The notes beneath the pieces were generated by a model. That model ran no database searches. It saw only the letters and a program-made list of their open reading frames with translations, and had not been told where the DNA came from. A DNA stretch of 64,000 nucleotides from positions 240,622,001 through 240,686,000 of the forward strand of contig OZ024741.1 in assembly GCA_964016885.1 (NCBI GenBank), written 5' to 3'. A program made the position numbers and the translations under genes. Positions 52,871-64,000 of the stretch are shown piece by piece; positions within the stretch are counted from its first letter, which is position 1; each line of letters starts with the position of its first letter. Source of the stretch: Eledone cirrhosa. Taxonomy: Eukaryota.

Positions 52871-53179
52871 TGGAATTCTTTGTTCTCTACCTTTAGAAAC
52901 TGTTTTTGGAACTTGATTTGTACATATTTCTTCTCTACATTTCTACTTCACTATTTCTCTGTCTCCCTCTTTCTCTGTCTCTCAGCCTGTCTGTCTGTCT
53001 CTCTCATGCACACACACATATATAAGCAAATCATGGACACCTAACCTAACATTACCCACAACAGGATAACTTGTCTAACCCATGCTAGCATTGAAGAATG
53101 GATGTAAAACGGTGATGACGATGATGATATACATATATATAGATATACACACTAATAAACATAAACCAATGCATACATG

Positions 53180-53627
53180 TACTAGACCTGAAAAATGCGC
53201 AAGCTCAAAAGAGTCACAGAATGTTATAATAAACCTTCAAAAGTGTGAGACTAGAGTTGTTGCTAAAAAATATTGTAATCATTATCTATCGTACACTCTG
53301 TGGCATCCTTTTATAAAAAAGAGACCCATAACGAACTCAAGACGACACGATAATTATTTAAGCTAATGTTCAATATCTCATATTAGATGTTTAGTAATGA
53401 TTAATATACGAAATGCACTTAAACCGAATTCTATATTATAAATTCACTTAAATAATTATCGTGTCGTCTTGAGTTCGTTATGAGTCTCTTTTTTATAAAA
53501 GGATGCTACAGAGTGTACGATAGATAATGATTACAATATTTTTGAGCAACAACTCTAGTCCCACACTTTTTAAGGTTTATTATAACATTCTGTGGCTCTT
53601 TTGAGTTTGCGCATTTTTCGGTCTGGT
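53180..53627. mobile_element. MITE/fold-back element with ~180-bp TIRs
   Basis: ACTAGACCTGAAAAATGCGC...GATAATTATTTAAG / CTTAAATAATTATC...GCGCATTTTTCGGTCTGGT; ~85-bp spacer. Confidence 0.85.
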
Positions 53628-54079
53628 TTAATATTTTTTAAGGCAACGCTTGTAATAACTCTAGTTAAACATGATATATATTAATAATAAATTATCATTG
53701 TAATGTAATTAGATTATATAATTGTTATTTTATAAATGATCTTATAAATATTATTGTAAGATGTATAAAAATATTTTCAGACTTTTAATATAAACAACTA
53801 CAAAAAACAATCAATATTAAATAAATATATTTTACATAATAATTATTATAGTTGAATTAATAAAAATTAAATATTACATACAAATAGTCTAACATAATAA
53901 TAAAAAAATAATCTAACATAATAATAATAAAATAATCTAACATAAAACGAACAATAATATGGACAAATATACAAGTAAATATGATACAACCAATATTATA
54001 AGCATGTTATAACGAACTGAAAAAAAATATAGTTAATATAAATTTTAAAAATCATATATAAATTAACAATATAACTTAC

Positions 54080-54275
54080 CAAAACGAGAAAAATATTTTG
54101 ATGATAAACGACGAAATACAGGAGGAAGATTCGAAAGCGAAACGATAAATAAACGTGCAAACAAAATGGCGGATGCTTTTGAACAACAATTACTCTCGTT
54201 GATTGATTAGCCAATAAGACGATACATTACAAAACATGTTTGGCAGCGATCACCACGGCCAGCGATACCCCTTGA
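54080..54275 (-). promoter_or_regulatory. Putative Pol II promoter and non-coding first exon
   Basis: Local CpG enrichment, YY1-type CCGCCATTTTG (54162-54172), CCAAT at 54211, donor G|GTAAGT at 54080/54079. Confidence 0.5.
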
Positions 54276-54674
54276 ATTTTTTATTCACAAGCTACCCATA
54301 TATGTCAGACACGATGACTTAAAACATTCTGTTGTTAGTCACTGCGTGTCTAACAGATAATACATGAGCATACACATACTTTTAAATACATGCCTACATA
54401 CTACTACAGTTTTCACCCATAATTGAGTATGACTTGGTACAATGTTGCTTTCACAAAGGGTTTTAGGTGCCCATGCAACAATGAGCAGACACAGTCACGT
54501 TCTTGACCAGTCCCATCCAATAAAACATCAAGGATGTGAAAGCTGGAAGTAGAAAGGGTTGCGCCAGCACTGAGCTAGTACTTTCTTTATCAACCCCAAA
54601 ATGAGGAAAGACAAAGTGGACGTAAACAGGATTTAAATTTAAAACTCCTGGAACAAATATCCAACACTATAATA

Positions 54675-54987
54675 CAATGGTTCCCAAACTTCTTTTACTC
54701 ATGGCATATTTTTGAAAAAGTAAACATATGTTGACGCCTTTTGCCCAATAAATTTGAAAATTTATTCAAAATAGTTTTCCATACATATTAGCATATCCTA
54801 GAATTAAAAGATTCTAGGCCCATTTTTCACAAATTTTGTTACTAAACTTTACTTGTTTGCCGCTTTGATAGCTATATATGAACTTTCATACAAATTTCAG
54901 TTTATATTTTTCACATTTTAGAATTTAATCTTAGTCCTTTGTTGAGCATCTAGTTACATCTTGCAGTGCACAGTTTGGGAACCACTG
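54675..54987. mobile_element. hAT (Charlie-like) MITE
   Basis: CAATGGTTCCCAAACT...AGTTTGGGAACCACTG; imperfect 8-bp TSD CTATAATA/CCCTAATA. Confidence 0.75.
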
Positions 54988-55349
54988 CCCTAATAGGTCA
55001 TGAGTGTATGATAGGGATAGTGGAATTTGAGGATGTGATTAGAGCGATAGAAGAGATGGTGGTGGTGGTGGGGTAGTGATTTCAGATATAGTGTGCAGGG
55101 TATAAAGATGTTGCAACAAATAAGGAATTATGACTAGTGCTTTAACATTTAAATGAGGGTGGAAGTAGTTCTGGGTCAAGGAAGAAGGGGATAGGGTGTA
55201 CAGTGATGGTGAGAATAGTTACTCTGGTGAGATTTTAGAAGGGAACACATGAATGGTTCAGGTTACATTTTTATGCTTCTAAGCATGTCACCAGTTCTCA
55301 CAGTCAGGGTTAGTCGTTTGTCCTCCCTTTCATGAGGTTTAGTTTTCTA

Positions 55350-56270
55350 TGTTGGTCTTCACTACCTCATTTCATGTCTTCCTAGGTCTACATCTTCTAC
55401 AACTTCCTTCTGCTAATATTTCTCTTTATTCCTCTTTATAGCTGTCAACTTCCATATGCATCACATGTCCAAACCAACACAGTCTTCTTTCTTGCACACT
55501 ATATCCAATTCCACTTGTGCTTAGTTTTTCTCTCAGATCACATATGCACACTAACATTACATATCCACCTGAGCATGGTAGTCCCATTTCGTTCTAGCCT
55601 TCATAGATTTTCAGCAGTTAAAATGTCCCTCCCCACATCTTATTGCATTTTGCATGCAGTCATCATACAGTACACCCTTTATTCTTAGAGAGAAACCCTG
55701 AACTTCTTTCATCCATTCTTACTCTGACTACTACACATTCAGAGCAATCTCTTCCACTGCCTATTAGGTTCCTTAGATAACAAAACTTGTGATCATCTAC
55801 TGCCTACAAAGTCTCCCTTTTCTATTAACCTACCTGTAAAACTACTATATCTCTTGTGTATCAATAGGTTGTTACACTGTATGTACCATATGGAGTTTCT
55901 GAACAATCCTTTTCAGTATACCAAATAAGGCTTTTTCCCTGAAGATATTGAACTCCTATCTCTTTTCCTACTTATTAAGACTTTAGTTTTTGCCAAGTTT
56001 CAATTCTAGATTTTACTACTATGCCTGGAGTTTCAATTCTAACTCTTCCATGGATTCAGCTCTAAGGACTAGACCATCAGTATAAAGGAGTTCATATGGG
56101 CAATCAGTCTGAAATTCCTGTTATGGCCTGGAGAATAAAGGTGAACAACAGTTGGCTAAAGATCAAGCCCTGGTTGGTCTACACCTGTACTTCAAGTTCA
56201 TCAGTCTACTCATTGCCAACTCTCACCTTGCTGGTTGCACCTCTGTTTATGGCTTGTACGACACTCATAT
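55350..56270 (-). pseudogene. Old degenerate RTE RT fragment
   Basis: Remnants FQTDCPYELLYTDG, LAKTKVLI, FCYLRNL and WFGHVM. Confidence 0.75.
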
Positions 56271-56375
56271 AATATCCAAACCAGTTTATCTATTTCAGTG
56301 ATACTACAGTAAGTGATATGGTATGTAAAGCCCCTCAGTTACATGTTTTCTCTTATGGTTCTTTAGCTGATATAC

Positions 56376-56424
56376 ATATCTTCTGATGAGAACTCCAAAA
56401 GGTTTAAAAATCAATTCAAGATAT
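56376..56424 (+). ncRNA. Degenerate hammerhead motif
   Basis: ATATCTT-CTGATGA-GAACT..GGTTT-AAAAATCAATTC-AAGATAT; GAAA appears as AAAA; truncated relative at 57240-57290. Confidence 0.4.
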
Positions 56425-56529
56425 TTATCATCATTTGAATTTACATGGTAATACGAGTTTGGGATGATTACATCTCTAAATACTCAATATGTAAATTTAC
56501 ACACCCATTCACACAGTCTTTGTTACCCC

Positions 56530-56600
<71 letters not shown>

Positions 56601-56905
56601 ATGAGAAGAAAGAAGAATACTGCGTGGTTGCACATGGGTTACATATGATAAAAATAGTCCTTCGTCAGTGATTTTCCAACCATCATTGGTATTTCATCGC
56701 ATTAAAAATCAGATACCTCAGGTTGGTGCGAGCAATAACTAAAAAAAGTTATTGGGACCAGTAAATCGCGTAAAGCGAGGGGGACAAGTGAACAACATAG
56801 AAGGATAAAAGCAAACCAAAGAAAGGAAATAAACAAGCAACATGGTAGATATATATATATATATATATATGCAAATATAAATTTATCACACACACACATA
56901 TTCTT

Positions 56906-57100
56906 TTAATATGACTAAACAGTGAGCCTTGTTATTCTTAATTTTCACCTGCACACACACACACAAGATGATCAGTCAAGTCTTATCTATTGTTCCTGTG
57001 AGTGTACAGGTGAAACTTCAGAGTAACAAGGCTCACTACTTAACCATATTAAATGATTATTTAATCTCTACTTCGATATTGAATACTTTTTCTCATGTCC
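56906..57100. mobile_element. Fold-back hammerhead-type element, degenerate (same family as 57789)
   Basis: AGTGAGCCTTGTTA / TAACAAGGCTCACT arms; CCTGT..ACAGG-T-GAAACTTCAGAGT-A-ACAAG. Confidence 0.6.
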
Positions 57101-57104
57101 ATCA

Positions 57105-57139
<35 letters not shown>

Positions 57140-57304
57140 TGGTAATTAATTAATTACCAACATGAGTGCTAATTATATGCAAATTAGTATGTCTATTTCA
57201 GACCAATCCTAAGAGCAAATGGGTATATATATCCATCAAATACATATTTCCTTGTGGTTCCTTGGATGATATACATACCTTCTGATGAAGATACATGTCT
57301 ACAT

Positions 57305-57487
57305 ATTAATAATTGTTTCTACTTTAGGCACAAGGCCAGCAATCACCCAGTGCATTACTGGTACTTTATTTTATCGACCCCGTAAGGGTTAAAGGCAAAG
57401 TCAACCTCGGCGGGATTTGAACTCAGATCATAAAGGGACGTAACTATGCTGGAAAGCATGGCGTCCGACCCTCTACCGATACTCCCA
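57305..57487 (-). mobile_element. SINE family A
   Basis: Near-identical to the 2705-2893 unit. Confidence 0.9.
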
Positions 57488-57788
57488 TAATAATGTCTAT
57501 ATTTGTATGCACATTGTTGCAGTCTCGGTTACGCATTCTGTATTTATATAGATATAACTTTATCATATTCTGCAGCTGCTAGTGCACTTTTTAAATATAT
57601 ATCTTAGTTAATTGCCAACATTAAACAAGACGTGATCCTTCTGACCCTCACAATTTTGGGTCATGACAGCTCATTTGACTCATATCAGAATGGATTGAAA
57701 ATGAAGTAAAACGATGATGATATACATAGTTTAGTGCTTAAACACTTATCAAACTTTAATGAATATAGCTATATAGATATTTATTATG

Positions 57789-57972
57789 GTTAAATAGTGA
57801 GTCTTGTTACTCTGGAGTTTTGCCTGTTTCTCACAGGGTCATCAGAGTTCTTGTCTGATGACATTGAGTGAAGCAAGAGAAACTCCAGAGTAACAAGACT
57901 CACTATTTAACTTTAATAAAATGAATATATAAACTCTACTTCAGTATTGAGTAGCTTTTTATCTCAGCTGTC
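57789..57972. mobile_element. Fold-back element with back-to-back hammerhead cores
   Basis: Arms span 57789-57911; TCATCAG and CTGATGA face away from the axis; tail contains GTATTGAGTAG. Confidence 0.7.
57849..57898 (+). ncRNA. Type I hammerhead motif
   Basis: TCTTGT-CTGATGA-[weak helix II]-GAA-ACTC(CA)GAGT-A-ACAAGA; GUA site. Confidence 0.6.
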
Positions 57973-58029
57973 ACCCAATCATACCAGTTTCCCTTCTACA
58001 AATCGAAGCTGAAGCATATAAACAATATG

Positions 58030-58315
58030 CCCCACCCCTCCCACTGTAAAGTGGTCGTGTAGGTGTTATGACAAAAATCACCCAGTCCACACTGTAAAGT
58101 GGTCGTGTAGGCACCAAGGTAAAAAAGCACCCAGTACTCAATGTAAATGAGGTTGGTGTTAGGAAGGGCATCCAGCTGTAGAAATCAAGCCCAAAATCAG
58201 TTCTGTATGAACAAGACATGGCCACCTGACCTGGCATTACCCACAACAGGACAACTCATCTAACCCATGCTAGCGTGGAAGAATGGACGTAAAATGGTGG
58301 TGGTGATGATGATGT
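58030..58315 (+). mobile_element. RTE 3' UTR fragment
   Basis: ~48-bp subrepeats, TAGGAAGGGCATCCAG core, (GAT)n tail. Confidence 0.75.
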
Positions 58316-58896
58316 CACCGATGCTGTCCAAGAGTAAGGCAAAGGCTGATACAGCTTGGCACCATCAATTTGGCAACTCATTTGTACAGCTGAGTGAACT
58401 GTATATATAGATATATATACAAATGTTTATGTTGAGAGAAATTCATGTATAGATTTTTCTGCTACTGGTGTCTACAATGGTTGAGGTAAGATGGCGTTGG
58501 TGGGGAGTAGTATTCTGTGTGGAGGCAGCTGTAGTGGGGTTAGTGGTGATGGTGCAGATTGTGCTAGAAAGTTAGAGAGAGGTAGAGAGAAGGAGAAGGG
58601 TGATTGGGGTGTGGGTAGAAGAGCCAATTCATAGTTTCTCATGCAAAGTCTCACTGTAATTTACCTTTATTTCAGAAGCAGAGTCCCAAACTTGCATTAT
58701 CAATAACTATAATTAGTAAGTAGAGAAAAGCAAGGAAAAATGTGACAGAAGTTGCATACACACAGACACACATATATGTATACATACATATAGATATATA
58801 CATACATATATATATGTGTGTATAATATATATGTCATGCTAGCGTGGAAAAATGGACGTTAAACGGTGATGATAATGATATATATGATATATATAT

Positions 58897-58928
<32 letters not shown>

Positions 58929-58940
58929 GACATATATATT

Positions 58941-58974
<34 letters not shown>

Positions 58975-59137
58975 TATATATAAATATATGATATATATAT
59001 TAATATATATATAAATATATGATATATATTTATATTTATAAATATGATATATATTTATACACACACACATATATATATATTTATATATATATATATGTAT
59101 TTATACATATACACGCACATATATATATATATATGTA

Positions 59138-60452
59138 CTAGCAGAAATACCCGGCGTTGCCTGGGTTAAAGAAAATAATGAAATTTTATTCAAAACTTGA
59201 TATATTTTCTTGATACTTATTGTGATTAGTGATTCTAATATTATTGCCATAACAAATTCTATGAGATCAACAACACTAATAAATTTGAAATAAAAGAAAC
59301 CCATAAAAGTAAATTATGATAGAAATTCAGTAAATTCTTTAGAACAACCCCTTGATTTTTGTTGGAAATAATTATATTTCCTTGGTTTGTTTGTGAGCTA
59401 TCAATTAATCTCATCTCTGTCTATGCGGCAAATGACTCTTCTCTGGAAAATGAAAGAGAGGGCAGACCCTCGGACTTTCCCCCTTCCATAGAGTTTTCCA
59501 TAAAAAAAAATTAGTTTTCTTTCATGGGATACCATAACTTGAGCCTTCCATTTTTCAAAATGGAGACGAATATTTTTCGGAAAGAGGGCAGCTACCAAAA
59601 GATTTTAAATGTTAGTTCCATGGGTAATGGCAAAAACAGCGCAAAGTGATGATTCAGTGCACTTCAGAAGCTTGACTGTAGTAGTTAACCAAGGAGGGGT
59701 GGGATAGGGGCTCATCTGATGAGATGTGCCGCTAAGCAAATAAGCAGCGAAACCGTTAATCACTAATGACTTTGTTGGCTTTCTGCATCCTGACATTGTA
59801 AGTGTAAGCACACACTACATGTGGGTTGCTTTGTGTAATTTAGTAAGTTCAAAACTTGGAGTTTAAGTATTAAGAAATGGAATTGCTTAGATATAGTACT
59901 CTAACATAAAGGCATTAAATATGGGTTTTATTGAAAAGCCAATGTGGCTTGCCGAGTAGTTGCAAGCAAAAGACTGTTGTTTAAGTGAAAACGAATGGAG
60001 TTACTTACATTTAAAAGGACAATTCGTGTAATGTAAATTCAATAGGGAACGCATGCGTTTATATACCAAAAACAATCTTCCCACGATCCAACACCTCAAA
60101 ATATCGACAAAATAAACTTTACTCTTAAAGATGGCATGTTAAAATTAACATGCCGGGAATATGAATTTGTTGCCTCATTTGGAGGACTGAGTTGTGGGAG
60201 GAGGAAGGGGAGTAGTGTGTATGTGTGTGCGTGTGTGTGTGGGGGGGGGGGGGGGGTTACATACAGTCTACTCTTTCTTCCTCCATTGTAAAAATGTCCC
60301 CAGGAGTTCCATTATTGATTTTAGCCAGTCCTGTTTCTGAATATTAACTTAACTTGTGTGTAAAGTTTCATCAGGATCGGATCACTGGGTTAGGTGCCAA
60401 CTGGTTATACACAGATACAGTGACAGACAGAAATTGGCATTCATATAGTAGG
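59138..60452 (-). mobile_element. Non-autonomous Helitron-like element
   Basis: Minus 3' end has hairpin ACCCAGGCAACGCCGGGT, then CTAG|T; 5' end CTACTATATGAATGCC followed by CTGTCTGT and GATCCGATCCTGATGAAACTTT. Confidence 0.7.
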
Positions 60453-60487
60453 TACATCTGTATATACATATTTGTATATATGTATAT

Positions 60488-61898
60488 CATCATCATCATC
60501 ATCATCATCAAGGTTTAGCGTCCGTGTTCCACGCTTGCATGGGTTTGGACGGGGGTAGTCCCACTTGAGGCAAGAGTGGTTGTCTTGCTCGCATAGGACT
60601 ATCTGGCGGGTTTTCTACAGCTGGATGCCCTTCCTAACACCAACCACATTTACAGTGTGGGGCTGGAAGGTTTTTACCGTGTTGCCTACACGGCCACATT
60701 ACAGCGTGGACTGTCTGGCGGATTTTCTACAGCTGGATGCCCTTCCTAACACCAACCACATTTACAGTGTGGAGCTGGGAGGTTTTTACCGTGTTGCCTA
60801 CACGGCCAGATTTACAGCGTGGACTGTGTGTTTTTTTGTCGTGACACCTACACGATCTCATTTATTTCGGCCTGGATGTTGTGGCACCAACGTAACTTTA
60901 CATTGAAAGGGGCGGTGTGGATGGGGTGGGGTGGTGGGACGGGGGTGTGTTTTGATAGAGATGCCTACTGACTGTAGTAGGTTTTACTTTGTATTTAGGT
61001 AAGGCGGGTCTTCTCTATTACTGAGTACCGCCAAAGGTCTCGGTCCAGTGACATTGTCTTGGAGAGGTGTAAGCATCTGAGGTCGGAATTTATCATGTCG
61101 TCCCAGGTTTTTCTGGGTCTGCCTACTCCGTGGCTACCGTCTATCTTTATTGCCCTGCACTTTGTTATACAGCTGTCGTCTTTCATGCGCATTACGTGAC
61201 CATACCAACGTAGCCTTCTCTCGAGTAAACAACATCTGATCCCTCTTATTTCTAATTTTTTCCTTAGTTCGTTTATGCTTAGCCGTTCACGTATATTACT
61301 ATTGCACATCCAGCGGAGCATGCAAGCTTCGTTCCTCTCTAGTCTGTGTAAATCCTCTGCACACAATGCCCAGGTCTCACTGCCATGCAGCATTGCTGTT
61401 CGTATGCAGGCATTGTATAACCTGCCTTTCATTTTTAGGGAGAACCCTTTAGCGGCTAATAGTGGTATAAGCTCTCTGAACTTTTTCCATCCAGTTCTGA
61501 CTCTAGCTACTGTACTTTCAGAGCACCCTCCCCCACTGCTGATTTTGTCACCCAGGTAACGGAAGCTGTCCACTATTTCTATAGAACCCTCTGCGCAATT
61601 GAAAGAGCTAGTATTTTGTGGGCACTTGCTGCTACTTATTGCACCAGAGCACCGGCCACATGTAAAATCTATGTTCTTAGTTAGCTTACCTGTGATCCCA
61701 CTACATCTTTTATGCACCCATACTTTGCATTTGGGACATAAAATGGAGTTTCTACCTACGCCTTTCCTACACACTGAGCATGGCCATTTCCCGGAAGGGA
61801 CCGCCGCCTTATTTTTTTTCCTACAAACTAGAACTTTAGTCTTAGCCAGGTTAATTTTAAGGCCTTTTGATTCTAGGCCGTGCTTCCATGTTTGGAAT
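60488..61898 (-). mobile_element. 5'-truncated RTE LINE (copy C)
   Basis: ORF from 60995 includes the PHD finger and C-terminus; 3' UTR, (GAT)n tail; 5' end abuts long (TA)n. Confidence 0.95.
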
Positions 61899-61906
61899 AT
61901 ATATAC

Positions 61907-62357
<451 letters not shown>

Positions 62358-62358
<1 letters not shown>

Positions 62359-62728
62359 AAACCTACTACAGCCAGTAGGCATCTCTAACAAAATACCACC
62401 CCACCCCATCCACACCACCCCGTTCTATGTAAAGTTATGTTGGTGCCACACCATCCAGGCCGAAACAAATGAGATCGTGTAGGTGTCACGACAAAAAAAC
62501 ACACAGTCCACACTGTAATGTGGCCGTGTAGGCAACACGGTAAAAACCTCCCAGACCCACACTGTAAATGTGGTTGGTGTTAGGAAGGGCATCCAACTGT
62601 AGAAAACCTGCCAGACAGTCCTATGCGAGCAAGACAATCACTCTTGCCTCAAGTGGGACTACCCCCGTCCAAACCCATGCAAGCGTGGAACACGGACGTT
62701 AAACGTTGATGATGATGATGATGATGAT
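62358..62728 (+). mobile_element. RTE 3' UTR-only copy (copy D)
   Basis: Near-identical reverse complement of 14357-14745. Confidence 0.92.
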
Positions 62729-62754
62729 ATATATATATGTATATATATATATAT

Positions 62755-63000
62755 AAGTAGAAGTTGTATTTAATTTGTTGGAAATCCAACAAACATAAAT
62801 GTTTATAACTGATTTAGAGCACTCAACAGTGAATTTCCAACCGATAAGGTATGATTTTCATGGGTATGTCTCTATTTATAAAACAAACTTTGTATTTTAT
62901 CTGATGAAAACGTACCAATGTTGTCTTGGTTGCCCTTGAAATATATATAATAAAATAAATATGGTTTTATAAATATACTTTCCATTTATTTAATATCATT
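62755..63000. mobile_element. Hammerhead-bearing element with an inverted 5' piece (family of 9992-10405)
   Basis: 62755-62830 is the reverse complement homolog of 10342-10400; hammerhead at 62893-62957: TATTTTAT-CTGATGA-...-GAA-ATATATAT-A-ATAAAATA. Confidence 0.7.
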
Positions 63001-63095
63001 CTATATATATATATATATATATATAAATAGCTTAGAGTTTAGACTCAAAGGGGTCATTTACAATCATTTCAGCTCTAGGAATCGCTTCTGAGCAG

Positions 63096-63440
63096 TATAA
63101 ATTAATATTTGATGAACATTTACATGTTTTAGTTGCAATTGACTAATAAGATCGCTAGAGTGAAAAATCTTAATTCAACAACATAAGGTCTGCCTGTACG
63201 ATCTAGAAAATAATAAATCAATACTCACAGACTCATATGGGCAAAAAGCCTTGGTACCTAGACACGTTTAAAATTCAAAATACAAACTTTTTCCGTAGAT
63301 CGGTCAGAACTTCAAACTTCAAACATGTTTCACAAAGAATGGTATAATAGTAAAATAATTAACTAATTAGCAGTGAGTTAATCAACTTTTTCTGTGTTTA
63401 TCAATTGCTACTAAAACATGTAAATGTTCATCAAATATTA

Positions 63441-63447
<7 letters not shown>
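63096..63447. mobile_element. Element with 47-bp terminal inverted repeats beside (TA)n
   Basis: TATAAATTAATATTTGATGAACATTTACATGTTTTAG / CTAAAACATGTAAATGTTCATCAAATATTAATTTATA. Confidence 0.7.
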
Positions 63448-63471
<24 letters not shown>

Positions 63472-63930
63472 TTTTTAAAATTTTATTTTTTTATTAATTT
63501 TTTTTTACTATTCCAGAAACTACCGGCAAGGAATAGATGCAATTGAAGCTTTCTTGTATTAGTTGGCTTTATTACTACTCTCCCCTCTCCCCGTTGATAA
63601 ATTTGCATGAGTTATTCTATATTTACATCCTCTCTGGTTTGGATATATTTTATCTGTCTTTTCATTGAGATGTTCAGTATATTTGTGACAATTAACCTCA
63701 TGTGATCTGTATGTACGTATATATATATAGTAATAATTATGAAGACCAAAATCCGAAGAGGGCTCATCATCATCATCACCATCGTCATCATTTTACGTCC
63801 GCTTTTCTCTGCTTGCAAAGGTTGGACGGGTCCTATTCACCACAGCATCTCTCCACTTGTCGCGGTCCTTTGCTCAATAGAGATTAAAGGGTGGAAGCAA
63901 CTATTCTTTGCTTAAACTTTAATCTGTACT

Positions 63931-63961
<31 letters not shown>

Positions 63962-64000
63962 GTTTTAATATAGATGAGATTCTACAGGGCTAGAACTGTT

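Noticed and set aside
54166-54210. AAAATGGCG as a plus-strand start codon
   Set aside because: The frame stops after 14 codons with no donor; better explained as a YY1-type motif
63107-63140. TTGATGA followed by a small hairpin, as a hammerhead
   Set aside because: No GAAA or helix III follows

Overview
Repeat-dominated animal genomic DNA, very rich in (TA)n, (CA)n and (GAT)n. The SINE, RTE and microsatellite make-up suggests a cephalopod such as Octopus (inference). No intact host gene is visible, and most long ORFs in the track are translations of simple repeats. The window holds several 5'-truncated RTE LINEs carrying a PHD-type zinc finger inside the RT region, two or three tRNA-derived SINE families, a deleted DD37D (maT) transposon, mariner/hAT/piggyBac-type MITEs and Helitron-like pieces. 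It also holds a 20-kb 27-bp satellite with ~5-kb higher-order duplications and several smaller arrays. A minus-strand promoter/first exon probably lies near 54.1 kb, with a possible start-codon exon near 20.95 kb. The most notable signal is a dispersed set of short non-coding modules, mostly in or beside (TA)n, carrying minimal type I hammerhead ribozyme motifs with palindromic helix III. Several are built as fold-back inverted repeats, as expected for Penelope-like or retrozyme-type non-autonomous retroelements.
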